DNA from: Flavobacteriales bacterium
Lineage (GTDB): Bacteria; Bacteroidota; Bacteroidia; Flavobacteriales_D; SKUL01
Length of the DNA: 54,193 nucleotides
NCBI GenBank assembly: GCA_007129985.1
Contig: SKUL01000292.1
Location: 1-54,193, forward strand
Direction of reading: 5' to 3'
Part shown: in pieces, positions 44,903-52,583 of the stretch
Layout: each line of letters starts with the position of its first letter
How positions within the stretch are numbered: the stretch's first letter is position 1
Notes under the pieces: model-generated
What the model was told of the DNA's origin: nothing
The model's database searches: none
Seen by the model: only the letters and a program-made list of their open reading frames with translations
Program-made: the position numbers and the translations under genes

Positions 44903-45340
44903 ATGGAGCGTACATTCACGGCCCCCGATGTGGATGGCCTGACCGAAGTGGTTGAGTTTCTTTCGGGAGAATTGAAAGCCGGTGATGTGGTTTGCTTTAT
45001 TGGCGAAATGGGAGCCGGAAAAACCACACTGATTGGCAAGCTTCTCCGCAACTGGGGTATTACAGCACCTGTAGACAGTCCAACTTTTGCTTTGGTGAAC
45101 GAGTTTGAGCGGACAGACGGTGTGCCCTTGTACCACTTTGATTTTTACCGCCTCAACAATGCCACCGAGGCTCTGCAAATAGGTTTGGAAGACTACCTGA
45201 ATGCCAATGCCATTTGCCTGATGGAATGGCCGCAAATTGTAATGCCCTGGCTACCTGATGAGCTTTGGATGGTGCATATCAATGAGCAAAACGGCGGACG
45301 CGAGATCAGGGTGGAACGCACCCGCCGGGAAGAGCAATAA
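44903..45340 (+). CDS. tsaE: tRNA t6A37 biosynthesis ATPase TsaE
   Basis: 145 aa with the P-loop GEMGAGKTT, SPTFALVNE and the YHFDFYRL motif. Confidence 0.85.
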   Translation: MERTFTAPDVDGLTEVVEFLSGELKAGDVVCFIGEMGAGKTTLIGKLLRNWGITAPVDSPTFALVNEFERTDGVPLYHFDFYRLNNATEALQIGLEDYLNANAICLMEWPQIVMPWLPDELWMVHINEQNGGREIRVERTRREEQ

Positions 45341-45343
45341 TCG

Positions 45344-45682
45344 CTACTGGCCGCTTGAGTCGATCAACCCCATTTTATCGGCAAAGTACACGCTGAAATC
45401 GCGCATCTCCTGGCTCATTTCCTTTTCTCCGGTGGCGCGCTCAAAAGTATCGGCCATGGTCATGAGGTTTTGGTGAAAGAAATGTTTCATTTCATCAACG
45501 GTCATTTCCTTGTTCCAGAGGTCTATGCGAAGGGTGTTTTTCTCTTTTTCGTCCCACAGGGCAATCAGTACCGATTTGCAGGCGCTTTGCACGTCACCGT
45601 CTTCGGCAGACCAGTCTATCTTTTCGGGCACCATGTTTTCGTCGAGGTGTACGGCAAATTTTATTTCAGAAGATTTAGGCAT
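45344..45682 (-). CDS. gldC: Gliding motility protein GldC
   Basis: The track ORF was trimmed to ATG 45682 (MPKSSEIKFAVHLDENMVPEKIDWSAED...), giving 112 aa. It lies immediately downstream of gldB, as in Flavobacterium johnsoniae. Confidence 0.8.
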   Translation of the reverse strand: MPKSSEIKFAVHLDENMVPEKIDWSAEDGDVQSACKSVLIALWDEKEKNTLRIDLWNKEMTVDEMKHFFHQNLMTMADTFERATGEKEMSQEMRDFSVYFADKMGLIDSSGQ

Positions 45683-45690
45683 TGTTGGAG

Positions 45691-46728
45691 TTATCTCGGT
45701 TTGTAGTACTTCAGAATTTTTTGTGGATTCTCTTCGCGCAGCATCATACTCAGGGTAACATCGGGGTTTTTGTCCATGTACTGTCTGATGATTTGCCAGC
45801 CCAGCCATACACCTGTTCGTGACGGTGATTTTTGCTGAAAGGCAGGGGTGAATGGCCCGTCGTTAAAAAAGCCCGCGAGGTCTTTGGCAGAGGTGGAATA
45901 AAGCAGATCGGCTTCTATGAGGTGCGTCCACATATTATATTCGTTGCGCTTGCACCAATCAAGTGCTTCATCGCTGTAGTTGATTTTGATGGCGTCGTTT
46001 ACATCCGGAAACATCGCATCCAGCAGGTACATCACTTTGCCGTGAAACATCAGCATCGTGATAAAGTCCTCCTTGGTAACCAGATTTTGGTGGTTCACCA
46101 TCAGCCAGCCTTTGGCCACGTTGTTTACCAGATAATCCGGAATGAGCTTGTCTTTAAAATACTGTGGAAAGTTTTCGGGAGCTAGTCGCTGAATAACGGG
46201 GTTTTCCGAACCCAGAAACCACTCCAAACCAGCGCCAAGCCACTCATCCGCAGGAAAAACCCCTACGTTAAACCCCGAGTTGTAGTACACAACTTGTGGA
46301 ATCACAGCATCCGGAAAGTGATAGCGGTAATAGCGGAAAGCCTGCTCAAGTTCCCGGTCGTAGGCTTGCATATCGGGAAAAGCTGCGTCGATGTGCTTTT
46401 GTGTTTCTCGCCAGTTGTGATCGTTTACAAAGGCTTCCAGTTGTATGCTTACCATGGGTTGCGTGGGGTGCCCGATGCGAATAATCTGCGAAAGGAAGTC
46501 CTCGTAAAAGTCACGATAGCGCTCGTGCAAACTGCTATTCAGGTCTTTAAAATCGCCGCTTTCTGTGTGAAACAACTCCCGGTCAAGTCGGTGGCTACGG
46601 TAATCAACTTCAATGCCGCTCAGGTCAACTTTCAGCCTGTTTTTGGTGCAGGAAGTAAAAAATGGAATAAGAGTTAATAGGCAGAGAGATAGTGTTGTGA
46701 TTGAGCGAATCAGTGGCCGGCTAAACAT
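45691..46728 (-). CDS. gldB: Gliding motility lipoprotein GldB
   Basis: The track ORF was trimmed to ATG 46728, giving 345 aa. It has a lipobox (PFFTSC). The size, the gldB-gldC order and the neighbouring nadE match the known Flavobacterium locus. Confidence 0.8.
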   Translation of the reverse strand: MFSRPLIRSITTLSLCLLTLIPFFTSCTKNRLKVDLSGIEVDYRSHRLDRELFHTESGDFKDLNSSLHERYRDFYEDFLSQIIRIGHPTQPMVSIQLEAFVNDHNWRETQKHIDAAFPDMQAYDRELEQAFRYYRYHFPDAVIPQVVYYNSGFNVGVFPADEWLGAGLEWFLGSENPVIQRLAPENFPQYFKDKLIPDYLVNNVAKGWLMVNHQNLVTKEDFITMLMFHGKVMYLLDAMFPDVNDAIKINYSDEALDWCKRNEYNMWTHLIEADLLYSTSAKDLAGFFNDGPFTPAFQQKSPSRTGVWLGWQIIRQYMDKNPDVTLSMMLREENPQKILKYYKPR

Positions 46729-46837
46729 GCGTGCAAAGTTACGGTTATCGTCAGAAAAGACAGGCATGGATATTGTCTTTTGCCCCGCAATCGTTACCAA
46801 AAATAGTTACTTTTAACCCCTGAAAATAAGCTACGAA

Positions 46838-47635
46838 ATGATGAAGAGAATACTTTCGATTTGTGCGCTATTGATGTCCGCAACGCTCGTGCATCCACAG
46901 GAGCAGCAGTCTGATTTTCAGCCTGTAAAACAGCAAGATGTTCGTCCCATCCGGTTGGGATTTGTTGCCACGCCGGCCATAACGTGGCTCACCGCCGAAA
47001 ACCGTGAGCTTGACTCGAAAGGAGTGCGCGCCGGTTTTTCTTTTGGCGTGATGATGGACTTTACTCTTGCTCAATCGGCCAATTACGCATTTTCTACAGG
47101 ATTGATGTACAACACGCTGGATGGTGGTAGATTGCGACATGGTGATGTTGTGCCGCTGCGCGGCGGAAACCCGGGACAATTTGAGGCTGTTACACGTGAT
47201 GTTTCTCTCAGCATGCAGTACGTTCAAATCCCCATGACGCTGAAGCTCAAAACCAATGAGATAGGTTATATGAGCTATTTTGGTCAACTCGGAATGCAGG
47301 CCGGAGTGAACATTGGCTCTCGTGAAAATGGTGAGTATGAGTACTTCGAAAATCCTCAACGCGTAATTATTGAGCGGGAGAACGTTAATGACCAGACCCA
47401 GTTGTTCAATGCAGGGCTACTTGTGGGTCTCGGTGCAGAGTACAATGTTACCGGCAATACCTATCTAGTGTTTGGGGTGAATTATTACCGTGGCTTTTCC
47501 AATGTTTTGAAAGGAAATGTGGTGCAGGTGAATGAGGATGGTCGTCCGATCCTTGACGGAGGCTTGCCCGTTAGCGGAAGTAAGCGACGAGCAGTGTTGA
47601 GCAACATTACGCTGAACCTCGCTGTTATTTTTTAG
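46838..47635 (+). CDS. Outer membrane beta-barrel protein (OMP_b-brl_2/PorT-like family)
   Basis: 265 aa with a signal peptide, an alternating amphipathic beta-strand pattern and a C-terminal ...LNLAVIF ending in Phe. Confidence 0.65.
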   Translation: MMKRILSICALLMSATLVHPQEQQSDFQPVKQQDVRPIRLGFVATPAITWLTAENRELDSKGVRAGFSFGVMMDFTLAQSANYAFSTGLMYNTLDGGRLRHGDVVPLRGGNPGQFEAVTRDVSLSMQYVQIPMTLKLKTNEIGYMSYFGQLGMQAGVNIGSRENGEYEYFENPQRVIIERENVNDQTQLFNAGLLVGLGAEYNVTGNTYLVFGVNYYRGFSNVLKGNVVQVNEDGRPILDGGLPVSGSKRRAVLSNITLNLAVIF

Positions 47636-48426
47636 TGGGTTTTCAGACAAAAGCAGTTGTTGACCACATAGTTGGTTGGCTGGAGGGTTACCGAAAAAAT
47701 GCTGGCTCCAAAGGCTTCGTTATTGGTGTTTCAGGCGGAGTAGATTCTGCGGTAACTTCAGCTCTTTGTGCGCGAACCGGAGCATCTGTTTTGCTTTTGG
47801 ATTTACCCATTCATCAAAGTACTTCCCAGCGAAACCGAGGGCTTGCACATATCGGGCAGCTCAAGTCGCTATATTCCAATGTCTCTTCGGCGTCGGTGGA
47901 TCTTACCGGAACGTTTGATGTAATGGTTGAAGCTTTGAAAACCAGCGGCGATGACGCAAATCACCAACTTGCCCTTGCCAACACACGCAGCAGATTGCGA
48001 ATGACCACTTTGTACTACTATGCCGGTAGTCGAGGTTTGCTGGTTGCAGGCACTGGCAATAAGGTTGAAGACTTTGGCGTGGGCTTTTACACCAAGTACG
48101 GCGATGGTGGTGTAGATCTTAGTCCGATAGCAGATTTGATGAAATCAGAAGTGTATGCGCTTGGCAAAGAGCTGGGCGTTGGCGAAGAAATCCTCAGCGC
48201 ACCTCCCACCGATGGTTTGTGGGGCGATGATCGCAGCGATGAAGACCAACTCGGAGCCTCTTACCCGGAATTGGAATGGGCGATGGAGTTTAGCGGTGAC
48301 GAATCGAAACTCAGCGAACGACAGCGTGAAGTGTTGGAGATTTATCGTCGTCAGCATATGGCAAACAAACATAAAATGGTGCCCATGCCGGTTTGTTTGA
48401 TACCGGCACACCTGCGAGAGCATTAA
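47635..48426 (+). CDS. nadE: NH3-dependent NAD+ synthetase
   Basis: 263 aa with the PP-loop GVSGGVDSAV, the TGNK.E...G..TKYGDGG motif and PTA.L....Q.DE..LG. The GTG start overlaps the upstream stop by 1 nt. Confidence 0.88.
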   Translation: MGFQTKAVVDHIVGWLEGYRKNAGSKGFVIGVSGGVDSAVTSALCARTGASVLLLDLPIHQSTSQRNRGLAHIGQLKSLYSNVSSASVDLTGTFDVMVEALKTSGDDANHQLALANTRSRLRMTTLYYYAGSRGLLVAGTGNKVEDFGVGFYTKYGDGGVDLSPIADLMKSEVYALGKELGVGEEILSAPPTDGLWGDDRSDEDQLGASYPELEWAMEFSGDESKLSERQREVLEIYRRQHMANKHKMVPMPVCLIPAHLREH

Positions 48427-48549
48427 CATTCAGCAGGTTTAAAGGAGGTATTGAATGAGTTTGGATAACACGAGTTAGGCCGGTCATCTCAAACTTTAGG
48501 ATTGGCTACCTTTACTGCATGTCTCAATTAAAAGCAACGAACCCCTAAC

Positions 48550-49263
48550 GTGAAAGGCAAGAGGATTTTATTGGTGGAAGACGAAGCCCACGTGGTTTCG
48601 TTCATCCAGAAAGGATTAACAGAAGAGGGCTTTTCGGTGAGCGTGGCTTTTGAAGGAAAATCCGGTTTGAGACTATTTCAAGATGGTGGGTTTGATATCA
48701 TCATTCTGGACATCATGTTGCCAGATATCAACGGACTTGAAGTTTGTAAGGAAATCAGAAAAACAGATCCGGTGATCCCCGTGCTTTTTCTCACAGCGCT
48801 GGGAACCCCCGAAAACATTGTGCTTGGTCTTGAAACGGGCGCCGATGATTATCTGGTAAAACCTTTTAAATTCATTGAGCTGCTAGCGAGGATACGAACC
48901 CTTTTGCGTCGGGTTGATCAGGCTGGGAACAATGCTGACGATTCGGGAGATACCAGTCATGTAGTGCGTATCGCTGATCTGGAAATAAACGATGAGACCA
49001 AACAGGTTTATCGCGATGGCACTGAAATCTCCCTGACTTCAACAGAATACAGATTGCTGTATTTTATGGCACGTAATAAAACCAGGGTGCTCTCCCGCAG
49101 CGAAATCCTTGAGGAAGTTTGGGGAGTGAATTTCGATATGGGTACCAATGTGGTGGATGTTTATGTGAACTACCTTCGCAAAAAAATGGATGCCCGGTTC
49201 GATCCAAAGCTGATACATACCGTGATTGGCATGGGCTACGTGTTAAAAGAGGGGGAAAGGTAA
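48550..49263 (+). CDS. OmpR/PhoB-family response regulator (receiver + winged-helix)
   Basis: 237 aa. The receiver shows ILLVEDE, D.IILDIMLP..NG, K. The C-terminal trans_reg_C part shows LT..EY.LL......N...V.SR..I...VWG..........V.DVY.. .LRKK. The start is GTG. Confidence 0.9.
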   Translation: MKGKRILLVEDEAHVVSFIQKGLTEEGFSVSVAFEGKSGLRLFQDGGFDIIILDIMLPDINGLEVCKEIRKTDPVIPVLFLTALGTPENIVLGLETGADDYLVKPFKFIELLARIRTLLRRVDQAGNNADDSGDTSHVVRIADLEINDETKQVYRDGTEISLTSTEYRLLYFMARNKTRVLSRSEILEEVWGVNFDMGTNVVDVYVNYLRKKMDARFDPKLIHTVIGMGYVLKEGER

Positions 49264-50654
49264 TGGGCTTTCGGCTACAATTAGGCTTGCATAGCAAAAC
49301 AACGCTGATTTTGTTGTTTTCCTTTTTCGCCCTCATACTTTTGTTTAGCGGGTATGTCTATGTTTCTGTTAAGTCTTATTCCTATGAGGATTTCGATAAG
49401 CTTCTGGATATAAGGTTGCTTACTGCGGCCAGGGCAGAGCTCAACAGCAAGCGCAGACCGGATGCTCAAGAACTCCAGGAACGTTTTTTTGAGCGTTTGC
49501 CTCATGAAAGAGACTATTTTTTTGAAATCAAGCAGGGTAAAACCTATAGCGACGAATCACGCGAACTAGGGGTGCCGGAATCCTTTTTTCAAGAAGTGCT
49601 CACCAATGGCGCAGCCACATATAAAAAGAACGAATACCTCTTCAAAGGCATACGCTACATGGGCGATTCAGGCGAGTACATTGCGATAGCTTCTGCCGCA
49701 AATTACTTTGAAACTCACCACACCGAGTATCTCAAACGCACACTCCTCATTGCCATCCTTGTGGCGTTTGTTTTTTCAGTGATTATTTCGGTTTACTACT
49801 CTCGCTCGGTGTTCAAACCATTGAGAACCATCACGAATCAGGTTCGTCGGATCAGTTCTGAGAGTTTACACCTCAGGCTGGAGGCCTTGCAGGGCAACGA
49901 GGAACTGCGCGAGCTGACATCCACCTTTAACTATATGCTCGATAGAATAGAAACATCATTTGAAACCCAAAACAACTTTATTAGCAATGCCTCACACGAA
50001 TTACGGACTCCACTCACAGCCATCATCGGTGAGGCCGATGTAGCACTCAACAAGCTCAGAACGCCTGAAGAATACATAGAAACCATCAAAGTGATTCTTG
50101 AGGAAGCAGAAAGTCTTGAACGAAAAACGGCAGCCTTGCTTTATCTCGCGCAAACCGGTTTCGACGGTAAAACCCAACTTATGTCGAAGGTGCGCGTGGA
50201 CCAACTATTATGGGATGTCAAAGAAACATTACAGCGCATCAACAGCAAGTACAAAATTAATCTGGATATGAGTTTGCTTCCGGACAACCCTGTGAAATTG
50301 AAGGTTCTAGGGAACGAGCAGCTTCTTCATCTTGCGCTGTCGAACATCATTAGCAATGCATGCAAGTACTCAGATTTCAAACAGGTGGAGGTTTCGTTGG
50401 GTGCCACCGAAAACTACGTCGTAATGGTTGTTAGAGATTACGGAATCGGAATACCCATTGAGGAACTTAAATACATTTATGATCCATTCTTCAGAGCCTC
50501 AAACACCTCGAAATTTGAAGGATTTGGTATTGGCCTGCCATTGGCGAGAAACATCCTGCGCATGCACAATGCCAAACTGGAAGTAAAATCAATCGTGGAA
50601 AAAGGAACCACCGTTCAGATATCACTGCCCATCGGCAAGTTCGAAACAGGTTAA
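49263..50654 (+). CDS. Sensor histidine kinase (HisKA + HATPase_c)
   Basis: The track ORF was trimmed to ATG 49263, which overlaps the RR stop (TAATG). The protein has two TM segments, the H-box FISNASHELRTPLT, and N, G1 and G2 boxes (NA.KYS; DYGIGI; GFGIGL). Confidence 0.9.
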   Translation: MGFRLQLGLHSKTTLILLFSFFALILLFSGYVYVSVKSYSYEDFDKLLDIRLLTAARAELNSKRRPDAQELQERFFERLPHERDYFFEIKQGKTYSDESRELGVPESFFQEVLTNGAATYKKNEYLFKGIRYMGDSGEYIAIASAANYFETHHTEYLKRTLLIAILVAFVFSVIISVYYSRSVFKPLRTITNQVRRISSESLHLRLEALQGNEELRELTSTFNYMLDRIETSFETQNNFISNASHELRTPLTAIIGEADVALNKLRTPEEYIETIKVILEEAESLERKTAALLYLAQTGFDGKTQLMSKVRVDQLLWDVKETLQRINSKYKINLDMSLLPDNPVKLKVLGNEQLLHLALSNIISNACKYSDFKQVEVSLGATENYVVMVVRDYGIGIPIEELKYIYDPFFRASNTSKFEGFGIGLPLARNILRMHNAKLEVKSIVEKGTTVQISLPIGKFETG

Positions 50655-50659
50655 CCACG

Positions 50660-50755
50660 TTCTAATGTAGTTCTAATGCGGGATGCCGGTTCTAATTTCA
50701 TTTTAATATCATTCTAAGCAACTTCTAATCCCAGCCTAATTCTGCTCTAATGGGT
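50660..50755 (+). repeat. Array of eight 7-bp TTCTAAT-like boxes with 11-bp periodicity (candidate response-regulator binding array)
   Basis: Units start at 50660, 50671, then 50690, 50701, 50712, 50723, 50734 and 50745. They read TTCTAATgtag, TTCTAATgcgg, (8-nt gap), TTCTAATttca, TTTTAATatca, TTCTAAGcaac, TTCTAATccca, GCCTAATtctg, CTCTAATgggt. Confidence 0.8.
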
Positions 50756-50789
50756 GTGTGCGACATTTGTAACACTCAAAACACACCCC

Positions 50790-51290
50790 ATGATTACCAC
50801 CATTCTCTTCCCCACAGATTTCAGTATTGAGTCTTTGGCATTTTTAAAAAATGTACTCAATCAACGAAAAGATCAGAAAATTGAAGTTGTGCTTGCTCAC
50901 GGCATGCATCTCAGCGATTCAATTACTGATCTGTTATTTTTCTCAAAAACCAGAACACTGAAGAGGCTGACCAGTCATGAGTTTGAGCAGGCCGTTGAAC
51001 TTATCTGGAACAAATACAGTTCCCTATTGGTAGATATCAGAAAGGAAATAGTTTTGGGTCACAGCCAAGAGTTTGTTGATCGATTTATTGAAAGTCAAGG
51101 TGTTCAGGAGGCGTATATTCCTGTTGGATACAAGCCCAATCTGCATAACAACCTGAGTTACGATTTAGCTCCTTTGATTGCCGAAAGTAGTATTAAGGTA
51201 CACAAACGCGATTGGAAAGGTGTAGAAGGTGTGCACGGTGAGGCGCAACTTGCCGATATGTTCTTTGACGGTGTAACAGCAAAAACCTAA
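50790..51290 (+). CDS. Hypothetical protein with universal-stress-protein-like N-terminus
   Basis: The track ORF was trimmed to ATG 50790, giving 166 aa. MITTILFPTDFSIESLAFLKNVL resembles the beta1/alpha1 start of USP-fold proteins. I do not recognise the rest. Confidence 0.5.
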   Translation: MITTILFPTDFSIESLAFLKNVLNQRKDQKIEVVLAHGMHLSDSITDLLFFSKTRTLKRLTSHEFEQAVELIWNKYSSLLVDIRKEIVLGHSQEFVDRFIESQGVQEAYIPVGYKPNLHNNLSYDLAPLIAESSIKVHKRDWKGVEGVHGEAQLADMFFDGVTAKT

Positions 51291-51293
51291 ACC

Positions 51294-51773
51294 ATGGTAG
51301 CTCTCATTCAAATGAAGTCTATGTTCGCCTTTATAGCCTTAAGTCTGGGCGTGGTATCGGCATCTGTGCTTGGTATAGCGTCAACCAATGGAACCGACAA
51401 GCAAATTGTCGGCAATTGGGTGGAAATTGATTGGGTCTATGAAAAAGTGGATGCCTATGAAAACTATGACGACGCTGAAAAAAAGCAAGTACCAGAGTTT
51501 ATCAAGCAAAGCATCGGAGAACAGCTGATTATTCACGAAGCGGAAACCTGGCATTTCATGCCTGACGGCCGACTGCTGCTCCAAAAAGAAGATGGCGAAG
51601 AAGAATTGCAGTGGCGCATTAAAGGCCGTGGGCATATCTTACAACTCAAACACGACAACAACGTGATTGAAACCTTTGAAATTGCCGGCATCGACAAGGA
51701 GAATATGTACCTGCACCTTGAGACTGAAGTTCAGGTTCGCGGAATTGCAAAGTTGATATTCAAAAGAATATAA
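51294..51773 (+). CDS. Hypothetical exported protein, lipocalin-like domain suspected
   Basis: 159 aa with an N-terminal hydrophobic segment. G.W.......W.F..DG.L...........W...G..L pattern is lipocalin-like. It starts 3 nt after the upstream gene. Confidence 0.5.
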   Translation: MVALIQMKSMFAFIALSLGVVSASVLGIASTNGTDKQIVGNWVEIDWVYEKVDAYENYDDAEKKQVPEFIKQSIGEQLIIHEAETWHFMPDGRLLLQKEDGEEELQWRIKGRGHILQLKHDNNVIETFEIAGIDKENMYLHLETEVQVRGIAKLIFKRI

Positions 51774-51794
51774 CCAAAACCATCACCTCAAAAC

Positions 51795-52583
51795 ATGCTT
51801 AGGAAGTACAGCACAAGCAGAACGCTCTCTGAGAATATTCGTCTCGGCATCCTGACCGCTTTTTCGGCCGGTATGGTGAACGTTGCTGCACTCATTATTT
51901 TCTTTTCGTTTGCATCCAACGTTACAGGTCATTACGCCATTTTAGCGGCCGAAATCGCAAAGGGTAATTGGTATCAGGCACTTGTGGTGTTTCTGTGGAT
52001 TTTCATGTTCTTTTTTGGTAGTTTCTCTTCCAATTTTATCGTAATCAATTACAATAAGGTTAGCCCTTATATTGCTCACGCTACTCCCATTGTTATGGAG
52101 ATTATCTGCTTGATGGCAGTAGGTATATATGGACAGTTCTTTTACCGCGAAACCCTTGTAGAGACCGAAGCGCTACTCGCATTGATGCTGTTCGCTATGG
52201 GCCTTCAAAACGGCCTTACTGCCAGTATTTCCAACGGGGCGGTAAAGACCACACACCTCACAGGTGCCACCACCGATTTGGGTATCCTTGCCTCTATGCT
52301 TTTGCGTTCTGAATACCGCCGCAACGAAGAAATGGTAGGCAAAGCCAAGCTCATTTCTCTGATCGCACTTTTTTATGTGGCGGGGGCTGTAATATCGGGC
52401 TTTGTTTATTTCCGAATCGGCTTTCAGCTTTTCTATCTGGTAAGTGCCTTTCTCGTTGTGGTGATTTTTTACGACGCCTACGAAATCCGATTCAGAAAAT
52501 TTTTGGCACACGAGCACAATAAGCGCAAAAGAAGTGTGTTTGCTGTTTCTGCTGCCAGTAATACGGAAGATTCTGAATCTTAA
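51795..52583 (+). CDS. YoaK/DUF1275 family membrane protein
   Basis: 262 aa with about 6 TM helices. The G.L.AF.AG.VN........F.SN.TG motif near the N-terminus and TTHLTG.TTD.G match DUF1275. Confidence 0.75.
   Translation: MLRKYSTSRTLSENIRLGILTAFSAGMVNVAALIIFFSFASNVTGHYAILAAEIAKGNWYQALVVFLWIFMFFFGSFSSNFIVINYNKVSPYIAHATPIVMEIICLMAVGIYGQFFYRETLVETEALLALMLFAMGLQNGLTASISNGAVKTTHLTGATTDLGILASMLLRSEYRRNEEMVGKAKLISLIALFYVAGAVISGFVYFRIGFQLFYLVSAFLVVVIFYDAYEIRFRKFLAHEHNKRKRSVFAVSAASNTEDSES

Noticed and set aside
50660-50755. A possible CRISPR array or minisatellite interpretation of the TTCTAAT repeats.
   Set aside because: The units are 11 nt with only 7 conserved positions. That is far too short for CRISPR repeats and spacers, and there are no cas genes in the window. 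The repeats were kept as a regulatory-array finding instead.
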